A stretch of DNA of 63,185 bases, counting the filler, from Octopus bimaculoides (Eukaryota), in assembly GCF_001194135.2 (NCBI RefSeq). It is 9 parts of 9 records of this genome, joined end to end, with 100 filler letters (N's around TTAATTAATTAA, not from the genome) between each part and the next. Parts side by side here need not be neighbours in the genome. Positions count along the whole stretch, not along the records: positions 48,563 to 57,332 come from NC_069004.1; positions 57,433 to 58,472 come from NW_026396905.1; positions 58,573 to 60,620 come from NC_068981.1; positions 60,721 to 63,185 come from NW_026438356.1; 5 more parts are not named here. One strand, written 5' to 3'. A program made the position numbers and the translations under genes. This document shows, piece after piece, positions 52,736 through 63,185 of this stretch (positions are counted from its first letter, which is position 1; each line of letters begins with the position of its first letter). A model generated the notes under the pieces. It saw nothing but the letters and a program-made list of their open reading frames with translations. It was not told the DNA's origin and did no database searches.

Positions 52736-53350
52736 GTCTCTTCAGCAGTTTCTCAACTCGACGTAGTTTAGTGATAACTACGTAGCTAATAAAAGAAACT
52801 ATAGATAACCATTTAGTAGTTGAGATATCCATAATGGTGTAGGGAAAATCTCGCAACACCTTTAGCAGTTAGCTGTGACACCCATATTGTCGCGACGCAC
52901 AAGTTGAAAACATCTGGCTAAAGCCTTGGATAAGGTTTTAGTATAATAATTTGGCCTGCTTCAGACAATAAAATAAATAATAAATGGAAAAAATAATCAT
53001 TCTTCTCCGTATCTCAGAGAAAGCCAGTGACTTGATTGGCATTAGTATTTCATTATATTCGGAGCGTTTACACCTTCGCAATTGTTCGCTGGACAACATC
53101 AAAGAGACTTGCAGATTGCAAATATTCGACCTACCTAACACCTTTCTTTATTTAATCAGGAGGTAAGCAACATAAAATAGAATGTCTAATGCGAAATAAG
53201 AGTTTTCGAAACATTCAGAAGTTTCCCAGAACGTCATTATGCATACATGTGTGTGTGTGTGTGAGCGCGCGCGTGCGTGTGTGTGTATATGTGTGTGCTT
53301 ATACATATATATATATTTATATATACCTATATATATATACATATATATAA

Positions 53351-53382
<32 letters not shown>

Positions 53383-53441
53383 GTGCATGTATATGTATGT
53401 ATATATATATATATATGCATACATATGTATGTATATATATA

Positions 53442-53557
<116 letters not shown>

Positions 53558-54013
53558 TATATATATATCAATCGAAGTGTACAGTATTGTATATCCATTA
53601 CAGCTGCTCTTACAAATCGGTTTCGCGCTATAGATTCAGCGGCGTGTTAGGTAACAGTCCGAATATGTAACCCTGCGCTCATCAGACGTAGCCGTTTATT
53701 TCATTCTGTAACGGCTACCTCTGTTGAGCTCAGCGTTACATAACCGGACAGTTACCAAACACTCCGTTGAATCCCCAGCGCGAAAAGGATTTCTAAAATC
53801 GGCCATAATTGATATATAATATTGTACACTTCGATTAATATACCCACTCTGTTGCTAGATACATGAGTGCAGTTTTTCCTGTCTTATGGACACTTAAACG
53901 ACTTATACGCAGACTCACTCGCCCCCACACACTACCGAATATATCCCAATAAATCGTCCGTGTCTTGTGCCATATAGCTGCGTTTCCCGGCAGTGCGCTC
54001 TACATAGTCAACA

Positions 54014-54361
54014 ATGGCTCAAAACAGATATACATCTATTTCAATGAAATTGGAATCGTGTAACCTGGAATCTTCAACAGAGAATATCCCAACTCCATCG
54101 AACGTGCTCTACACAAAGCTGCTGCTGGAGTTGAGCGACTTGGTCAGGCGAATGAGATGGAAGGTCTTCTACTTCGACCAGCCCAAACCGCCTACGGAGG
54201 CAGAAAATTTTGAGCTTAAATCTGAAAAGTCTCCATCTAAGATCAAAATCCTGGAAGTGTTCCAGAATGATCTTTTGAATATTATACCTCTCCTGAAATT
54301 CCGTAAATCTTTTAATGTTTACCAATGCAAAAGGAAAGAGTCACCATATTTCCTTCTATAA
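54014..54361 (+). pseudogene. PLE ORF N-terminal region (truncated)
   Basis: STENIPTPS..Y..LL.....VRRMRWKVFYF...ENFELKS..SP....LEVFQNDL matches the PLE N-terminal SxKNIPxP...RMRWKAxFF motif. Confidence 0.7.
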
Positions 54362-54460
54362 CGGCTACCTCTGATGAGCGCAGGGTTACATACTCAGGCT
54401 GTTACCTTACACTCCCTTAAATCCCTAGTGCGAAACCCCACTGGTAAGACCGGTCGTAGT
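54361..54460 (+). ncRNA. Type I hammerhead motif with long stem II insert
   Basis: CTGATGA-GCGC...GTGC-GAA-ACC(ccact)GGT-A|AG; stem I is weak and bulged. Homologs at 53600-53696 (-, core intact) and 53710-53800 (+, CTGTTGA mutant). Confidence 0.55.
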
Positions 54461-55240
54461 GGATATATAATACTGTACACTTCGATTGAGATACCCACTG
54501 TATTGACAGATATACTAGTGCAGTTTTCCATGATCTTTGAACTCTTAGACTACTTAAACGTGTAGAAAGAAACAATACAATTATTAATAAGAAGAGGGGT
54601 AGAAATTAATAATGTATGCAAGATTTCACAACTCCAGCATCAGTCCTTCATAGTCAGCCTACGAACTTTCCAGCCGCCCTTGTGTCTCTCAAACTTGGAG
54701 ATGCAAACCTCGCGGAAGGCAAACGTCTCGGTTGTTCTTTCTCTCTCTCTCTCTCCCTCTTTCTCTCTCCCTCTTTCTCTCTCTCTCCCTCTTTCTCTCT
54801 CTTTCNNNNNNNNNNNNNNNNNNNNNNNNNNNNNNNNNNNNNNNNNNNNNNNNNNNNNNNNNNNNNNNNNNNNNNNNNNNNNNNNNNNNNNNNNNNNNNN
54901 NNNNNNNNNNNNNNNNNNNNNNNNNNNNNNNNNNNNNNNNNNNNNNNNNNNNNNNNNNNNNNNNNNNNNNNNNNNNNNNNNNNNNNNNNNNNNNNNNNNN
55001 NNNNNNNNNNNNNNNNNNNNNNNNNNNNNNNNNNNNNNNNNNNNNNNNNNNNNNNNNNNNNNNNNNNNNNNCTTGCTTTCTCCTTTTCTCTTCTTTCTTG
55101 CTCTCTCCCTCTCTTCCTCACTTTTTTGTTCCCTCCGTACCTTTCTCACTTCCTCTATCTCTTCACCATTTTCCCCCTCTCTCTCTCTCTCTCTCTCTCC
55201 CTTCTTGTATCTTGCTGTCCCCTATTTCTTCCTGCATATT

Positions 55241-55279
<39 letters not shown>

Positions 55280-55620
55280 TCTTCCTGTATCATTCTCTTC
55301 GCCTTTCTCTCCCCCTTTTTGCGCCGATCTAACAAACCGATTTTATATCATTAAGTTGCATTGTGTCCTTAAACAAGACATTCTAACACGTCTTATCAGA
55401 AGCCTTCATAGCTAATTTAGAAATTATTGTCGAAATCCAGTGTCGAAAATGGCGAAATGGAAATAATCTCTTGGCATTGTAATCTCCACAAGTAAAAAAA
55501 AATAAAAAGCTATAATAATTAGACTCTCGGCAATGATTTGGTGATTGGTGTTTTGGAAACGTAAGAAAGGAATAAATTACAAATAGAATAGGAACGGGAA
55601 GAAAAAACATGAAAATTCGC

Positions 55621-55654
<34 letters not shown>

Positions 55655-55711
55655 AACACACACACACAAACACACACACACTGTATCTACAGACACACGC
55701 ATGTAACCAAA

Positions 55712-55890
55712 GATAACTACCACTTCGTTAGTTACGACGACGAGGGTTCCAGTTGATCCGATCAACGGAACGGCCAGTTTCGTGAAATTAACGTGCAAGT
55801 GGCTGAGCACTCCATAGACACGCGTACTCTTAACGTAGTTGTCAGGGAGATTCAGCGTGACACAGAATGTGACAAGACTTGCCCGCTGGC
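55712..55890 (-). mobile_element. SINE family D tail fragment
   Basis: Reverse complement of 5685-5912. Confidence 0.75.
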
Positions 55891-56268
55891 GAAATATTTT
55901 TTTTCCCACGAGAGTTCAGGACCCCGGTAATGAACTCATTTGCGTACAGCCAATCAGAGCTCACCTTGATCTTGTTGTCAAGCTAACAAACACACTCTTC
56001 CAAGTAAACTCAAGACGAAGAACGGTGTTGTAAGTCGACCGATCGCCAAGTTATGCCGGATTTTAGAAGGAGACAAGTAATTAGATAGATTTGCATCTAT
56101 ACCTATTATCGGATTTTGTTAGGGCTCCATGTTAACTTTTAGATCGGTTCTCAATGCCGACTACCCAGAGAGAGTGTTGGCCATACTCGACTTACGATAA
56201 TTTACTAAACTCTGTTATTATNNNNNNNNNNNNNNNNNNNNNNNNNNNNNNNNNNNNNNNNNTGTTTA

Positions 56269-56306
<38 letters not shown>

Positions 56307-57432
56307 GTGTATGAAACATACACGGAGGAAAATTCATCACATGAACTTCTTGCATGCTAGAAATGGCAGTCAAAGCCAAAAACCACGAAAAACCATTCTT
56401 ACGTTAAAGCACATTGTTTGACGACGGAAAATATCGATTTCTGGCTCTCGTTTATAAATTTATGAAAATGAACAATATTATTCCAAATTCGACTTGCACC
56501 GGGAGCAACATCTCACTCTGCTATTAGCCAGGAAATTTAACCACAGGCACAAATATTTTTATAACCGCCACCTTAGATGTCACAGAATCTGAAATAAACT
56601 CCTAATTTTGGCAGGGTTTAGAAAGTAAACGAATCTAAAGTCATTATTCAACACGAACGTACGTGTACAGAAATGGATGGTGTCTAGATGTATGAATTGA
56701 ATTACAATGTTATTGTAATTTGATAAAAATATGCTGCTAGGTATCTGGTCGTTTGCAATATTATCTCTGGCCTCACGAAATATGTCGCTATTTAGTTTTT
56801 CAATTTTCCCTGGACATTCATTACACTCAAATAGTCTAGACACACAATTACCCGCCATTGCTGATGTCTGCCAATTTTTCACCTTTCACAGACATTATTA
56901 TCAAATATTTTCACTAGCTCATTCATTTTGTTTCATTTATGTGTATACATGCGTATAGCTATGTATATGTGTGGGTGTATATATAAATATATATATTATA
57001 TGTCTGTATATGTAATCGTACTTATAAAAAAATGTATATATATATATATATATATAAATATATATATATAATGCATATATGTGAATATATGTATATATAT
57101 ATATGAGTGTGTGAGTGCATATATATATATTGATATATGCTTGTATATATGTATATCTATGAGTATATGTATTTTATACGTTCATGTATATAAGTTAATA
57201 TATATTCATGTATATGTGTGTGTGTGTGTGTGTGTATTTATAATACTTCATATGCATATATACATGTGCATATATGTGTGTGTGTGTGTTATTACATTCT
57301 TTTTCTGGCTTCATACGAAAGTACGTACGTGTNNNNNNNNNNNNNNNNNNNNNNNNNNNNNNNNNNNNNNNNNNNNTTAATTAATTAANNNNNNNNNNNN
57401 NNNNNNNNNNNNNNNNNNNNNNNNNNNNNNNN

Positions 57433-57790
57433 ATGTGTATACTGAACGCTGTGAAGCAACGAACTGGCAGGAAGCGGGAGGAAGAATGTTCGTGTGCAAG
57501 CTTGGCAATAGCCAAGATACGAAAGGAAATAGTGGCTGGACACATGTGACCAGCGAGGAGTAAGGAGAAAGAGTGGTAGAGGGAGAAAAAGGGGAGGAAG
57601 TAGAATATAGGTGAGCAAAGAGAGACAGGGAGAAAGAAAGAGATATAGTAGTAAAAGAGAGAGGTGAAGAACAACAGATGGAAGAACAAGAGGGGGAAAA
57701 AGATACAAAGGTAGACAGAGTCGCATCAGTAAAATAAAGTTTAAAACTTACTTGCATGGAGGATGCATGCGTTCGATCATGTAATACAAA
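57433..57790 (-). repeat. Unclassified dispersed repeat, diverged copy of 46500-46975
   Basis: See 46500; lies next to the HHR hairpin. Confidence 0.65.
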
Positions 57791-57877
57791 TAATATATAT
57801 ACATATAAATATATATACATATATAAATATATATATATATATAAATATTTGAAGAAAAGCAACAAAAATTCAATAGG

Positions 57878-57974
57878 TTATAGCAGTACGTACGTTTCGT
57901 ACAAGCTCCATTTATTCATGTAGTGAGAACACTACATAGAATGCACAATGAAAATGTACTCATCAGCTGCATAA
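57878..57974 (-). ncRNA. Intact type I hammerhead ribozyme motif
   Basis: TTATGCAG-CTGATGA-GTAC...GTAC-GAA-ACGTACGT-A|CTGC-T-ATAA. Confidence 0.8.
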
Positions 57975-58096
57975 TGGAATTTCATTTTAGAAAGTCATTT
58001 TGTAGATTTTGTAGATCTTGACTATGCTGCCGTTGTTTTCTTCTCTTACTCTTTTTTGCACACATCTACAAAATGACTTTCTAAAATGAAATTCCA

Positions 58097-58193
58097 TTAT
58101 GCAGCTGAGGAGTACATTTTCATTGTGCATTCTATGTAGTGCTCTCACTACATGAATAAATGGAGCTTGTACGAAACGTACGTACTGCTATTA
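58097..58193 (+). ncRNA. Intact type I hammerhead ribozyme motif
   Basis: GCAG-CTGAGGA-GTAC...GTAC-GAA-ACGTACGT-A|CTGC; predicted cleavage after 58184 (GUA). Confidence 0.8.
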
Positions 58194-58424
58194 CCTATTG
58201 AATTTTTGTTGCTTTTCTTCAAATTTTATTCACCAAATCTCTTGATTTTGTTTTTGGTTTTTACCCTACCAAATTCTGATGTCTCAAACATTTTAAGTAC
58301 CACATTTAATCTTTTGATTAAATCTATATTATTATATATATAAAGAGATATATATCCATGTATATAAATATATATATATAAGTATATATCTATATATTTT
58401 TTTTAAAAAGATATATATATATAG

Positions 58425-58472
58425 AGGAGGCGCAATGGCCCAGTGGTTAGAGCAGCGGACTCGCGGTCATAG
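58425..58472 (+). mobile_element. tRNA-like SINE head truncated by gap
   Basis: ggaggcgcaatggcccagtggttagagcagcggactcgc (A box). Confidence 0.6.
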
Positions 58473-61339
58473 NNNNNNNNNNNNNNNNNNNNNNNNNNNN
58501 NNNNNNNNNNNNNNNNTTAATTAATTAANNNNNNNNNNNNNNNNNNNNNNNNNNNNNNNNNNNNNNNNNNNNTATAGATAGATAGATAGATAGATAGGTA
58601 GATACTGAATGGCATTGACTCTGAATGTCACTCTACAATAACGGCTCTAATCTTACAGCTTTCTCACCTCATCTTCTATGATTAGCAACCAATGCCTATA
58701 CGAGCAGTAGTTATGGTGCTACTGGTGACATAATTTAGACGACCTCGACCATGATAACGGCACATATCCCGTTTATAATCATCTTCACCTCGATTCTACA
58801 AACCTTAACCAACACCTGAAGCAAAATCCTTCCATAGTCAACGCTACCACGACTAAGACTGTCGCATTCACAAGAAAAGCATCTCGACTACCACCACCAA
58901 CAACAATAAGAATAAGAACAAAACCATCTCCAGTATCAGCATCAGTATCCATATCACCCCAGTAGTGTCCTCCTCACCAGTCACATTTATAGAGAGCCAA
59001 TCGCTTCTCTGAATTTCGCTTTAGGTCCAAATAATCGATAACTAGAATGTGACATACGGACAAGTTTAAATTTACGTCCAGACAAAATCGTATTATATTT
59101 GCAGGAAGTTGAAAACACAATTATTTTAATCAAATGTCCTGACTCTCTCTCTCTCTCTCTTTCTCTCTCCCTCTTTTTCTCTCTCCGTCTCTTTCTCTGT
59201 CTCTCCACCCCTCTCTCTCTCATTTTGTCTTTACCCCGGGGAGCACATGTACGTGTGAGTGTGTTATATAAATGGATATATGTATATGTATATATATATG
59301 ATGTATGTGTATATATATATGCATATATATATATATACATGTATATATATATATATAGACATAAATACATAAACATATATACATACATATATATATCATA
59401 TATACATATATATATATATATATATANNNNNNNNNNNNNNNNNNNNNNNNNNNNNNNNNNNNNNNNNNNNNNNNNNNNNNNNNNNNNNNNNNNNNNNNNN
59501 NNNNNNNNNNNNNNNNNNNNNNNNNNNNNNNNNNNNNNNNNNNNNNNNNNNNNNNNNNNNNNNNNNNNNNNNNNNNNNNNNNNNNNNNNNNNNNNNNNNN
59601 NNNNNNNNNNNNNNNNNNNNNNNNNNNNNNNNNNNNNNNNNNNNNNNNNNNNNNNNNNNNNNNNNNNNNNNNNNNNNNNNNNNNNNNNNNNNNNNNNNNN
59701 NNNNNNNNNNNNNNNNNNNNNNNNNNNNNNNNNNNNNNNNNNNNNNNNNNNNNNNNNNNNNNNNNNNNNNNNNNNNNNNNNNNNNNNNNNNNNNNNNNNN
59801 NNNNNNNNNNNNNNNNNNNNNNNNNNNNNNNNNNNNNNNNNNNNNNNNNNNNNNNNNNNNNNNNNNNNNNNNNNNNNNNNNNNNNNNNNNNNNNNNNNNN
59901 NNNNNNNNNNNNNNNNNNNNNNNNNNNNNNNNNNNNNNNNNNNNNNNNNNNNNNNNNNNNNNNNNNNNNNNNNNNNNNNNNNNNNNNNNNNNNNNNNNNN
60001 NNNNNNNNNNNNNNNNNNNNNNNNNNNNNNTATACGTATTCTAAACATATCTATATATATTCTAAAGATATTGATATATATATATCCGCATACATATTTA
60101 TATGTATGTGCGGATTCATATACATGTTTCAGTATCCATTTCATTGAGTAAAATATGGAGAGACGTCGATATTGTGACACCTCCTTAAGTAAGGGTCTTC
60201 AGTCAATTCCAATTGTAGGCGTTTAAGAAACTGTATTAGATGGGATACTTAATTTTACTCACCTCAACTCACATTCTCGCCTCTCTCCATTAGATTGATT
60301 TTCTATACAGGTTTTCTGCTTTTTGGATCCCTCACCCACAAATAAGTTATACGCCTTTATGTTTATGCATGTGTATATACATCTTTGTGTATAAACGTGT
60401 GTACGTGTTAGCGTTTTGTAACTATTATATTTGCAATTAGCTTTGGGGTATTATAATTAACTACTAATAACTTATACAATGCAGCGTTAGAATCAGTGAT
60501 AGCTTATCACCAGAAAATATAGAACTTTACATATATGCGTTTTATATGCATTTAAATACATAGATACATACATATATATGTATGTATATGTGTATATATA
60601 TATATATCTATATATATATANNNNNNNNNNNNNNNNNNNNNNNNNNNNNNNNNNNNNNNNNNNNTTAATTAATTAANNNNNNNNNNNNNNNNNNNNNNNN
60701 NNNNNNNNNNNNNNNNNNNNTATATATATAATTTTATATATGTATATGCATATGTGTGAACGCGCATGGCTCAGTGGCTAGACCGTCCAGCTTACGATCG
60801 CGAGATCCGGTCCGGGATTCGAACTCACAACTGTTTCTTCATTGGCAGGGCCTCTGGCTCATATTCATACCACTTTACTGTTACTTTGAATTCACACACT
60901 CCGCTAACATCCTCATACACTCTTTTACCTGCACAATTATTCCCTGCGCTTATATTCCTTTGGCACTGGCTAACTGCATTCACTGAAGAGATAGTTAATA
61001 CTTTCGTCTCCTTTCCCACAGATTCTGCGTTTGTTGTCTGACTTAGTTTTGTTAATCATTTTCGCTATCAAATTCTTCGTAATGGCTTGCTCCTGGACCG
61101 CTAAAAGTCAGTGATTCAGTTTCTTGTTTCAGGTTTCCATCCGCCAACCACATATCAGACGTATTAGACAATTTTCCCGCATTTAAAACGTGATGGTCAT
61201 GGTCGGCATGCCTTTAATCATAAGTTGGCTCGATCAAGGTTTACCTGGAAAAAGCAATAACAAAACCTCTCAAAAACTTTCAGGTACACACTTTCGCACA
61301 CACAACACTCGCATTCAAATACACAACATATACATACAG

Positions 61340-61383
<44 letters not shown>

Positions 61384-61605
61384 GTATACGCATAGCCACA
61401 TACATACACGCACTCACAGAAACATTGGCACACACAGACAGGCACAAATACTCACACAGACATCCACATAGACATGCCGTTCTCACACATACACAGACAC
61501 ACTCGCGCACACACATATACACACTCGCACACACAGTTATACAAAAATACAGTGACGCACACAATTAGATACAGACACAGGTACACAACGAGCACACACA
61601 CACAA

Positions 61606-61646
<41 letters not shown>

Positions 61647-62670
61647 CACACACAAACACACACAGATTCACACAAGCATACAACATTTACACACATATAT
61701 AACATAGACACACGCACATGCTCATGGAAACACGTACAGATATACAAATACACACACACACACACACATACAAAGACAAACACACACACACNNNNNNNNN
61801 NNNNNNNNNNNNNNNNNNNNNNNNNNNNNNNNNNNNNNNNNNNNNNNNNNNNNNNNNNNNNNNNNNNNNNNNNNNNNNNNNNNNNNNNNNNNNNNNNNNN
61901 NNNNNNNNNNNNNNNNNNNNNNNNNNNNNNNNNNNNNNNNNNNNNNNNNNNNNNNNNNNNNNNNNNNNNNNNNNNNNNNNNNNNNNNNNNNNNNNNNNNN
62001 NNNNNNNNNNNNNNNNNNNNNNNNNNNNNNNNNNNNNNNNNNNNNNNNNNNNNNNNNNNNNNNNNNNNNNNNNNNNNNNNNNNNNNNNNNNNNNNNNNNN
62101 NNNNNNNNNNNNNNNNNNNNNNNNNNNNNNNNNNNNNNNNNNNNNNNNNNNNNNNNNNNNNNNNNNNNNNNNNNNNNNNNNNNNNNNNNNNNNNNNNNNN
62201 NNNNNNNNNNNNNNNNNNNNNNNNNNNNNNNNNNNNNNNNNNNNNNNNNNNNNNNNNNNNNNNNNNNNNNNNNNNNNNNNNNNNNNNNNNNNNNNNNNNN
62301 NNNNNNNNNNNNNNNNNNNNNNNNNNNNNNNNNNNNNNNNNNNNNNNNNNNNNNNNNNNNNNNNNNNNNNNNNNNNNNNNNNNNNNNNNNNNNNNNNNNN
62401 NNNNNNNNNNNNNNNNNNNNNNNNNNNNNNNNNNNNNNNNNNNNNNNNNNNNNNNNNNNNNNNNNNNNNNNNNNNNNNNNNNNNNNNNNNNNNNNNNNNN
62501 NNNNNNNNNNNNNNNNNNNNNNNNNNNNNNNNACATATACACCGTTACTTCAGCCAAATGCTAATACAAAATACATGTATGTATGCATATACGACGGGGT
62601 GCTTTAAAGTTCCTCGTTTTAAGAATATCGAGGAAAGCCTGGTTGGAGGCCCACCCATTCGAGTTCTTTT

Positions 62671-62850
62671 ACAGCCTCTATATTTAAGAGGAATTATGTA
62701 ACTTATTTACATTATTTACATTTGACGGATATTTGTCCTCAAATTGTTTGTTGTTAATACAACGTTTCGGCTGATATACCCTCCAGCCTTCATCAAGTGT
62801 CTTGGGGAAATTTCGAACCTGGCTTCTCAATCCTAAGGCATTTTTTGATG
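62671..62850 (-). mobile_element. PLE hammerhead tail (third copy)
   Basis: Homologous to 1065-1250; the HHR at 62756-62801 has C3 changed to U (TTGATGA) and a stem I mismatch. Confidence 0.8.
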
Positions 62851-62872
62851 TTGTTGTTATTATTATTATTAT

Positions 62873-63057
62873 TCAGTAGTTTTATTTTTATTACCTGCTT
62901 TCACTTCACTACCGAGCGCAGCTCTGTGCGCCTTGGGTATGTGCTGTGGTTTGCTGTGGTGCTCTTATGTTTACTGTATTGAAAGTGTTTTGCGTAGAAT
63001 GTGTGCAGTACCCAGTAGTGCAATTTTCTGTATGTTATATATATTTGTAAGTCCTGG

Positions 63058-63058
<1 letters not shown>
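62873..63058 (-). mobile_element. 5'-truncated R4/Dong LINE flanked by (AAT)n on both sides
   Basis: Near-identical to 17315-17500; encodes PGLTNIYNIQKIALLGTAHILRKTLSIQ* (62971-63057). Confidence 0.85.
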
Positions 63059-63104
<46 letters not shown>

Positions 63105-63185
63105 GCTAATAACCCACCTTTTTTAATATGTTGTTTACACTTTCACCGTTTGGTAAATCAGCTAATGATTTCAACAGATTTTCTT

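Larger units (their letters stand above)
53568..54560 (+). mobile_element. Internally deleted Penelope-like element: inverted pLTR + pLTR + ORF N-terminus + pLTR
   Basis: Three homologous repeats: 53568-53696 (-), 53710-53900 (+), 54359-54560 (+). Confidence 0.8.
57847..58224. repeat. Near-perfect inverted repeat (~160-bp arms, ~56-bp spacer), probable inverted PLE pLTR pair
   Basis: 57847-58007 is the reverse complement of 58064-58224 with only a few mismatches. Confidence 0.9.

Overview
Repeat-saturated, gap-rich eukaryotic genomic DNA. The SINE families and microsatellite load suggest an octopod cephalopod (inference). There is no intact full-length CDS, rRNA, true tRNA or CRISPR array; nearly all ORF-track entries are microsatellite or N-gap artefacts. 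Identifiable content: several tRNA-derived SINE families, RTE, CR1-like and R4/Dong LINE fragments, Tc1/mariner relics and Penelope-like element (PLE) remnants (N-terminal, RT and GIY-YIG pieces). The main signal is a set of type I hammerhead ribozyme (HHR) motifs from about 4 well-supported and 2 degenerate unrelated repeat families. One PLE terminal module joins a tRNA-derived Pol III cassette, an (AAT)n tract and a minimal HHR (3 copies: ~0.9-1.25 kb, ~29.7-30.0 kb, ~62.7-62.85 kb). A near-perfect 380-bp hairpin carries two intact HHRs (57.8-58.2 kb). A CpG-depleted domain (~17-30 kb) probably marks the body of an unidentified minus-strand host gene, with a candidate first exon near 31 kb and a well-bounded 97-codon exon at 20787-21077. 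Coordinates were read by eye and may be off by a few bases.
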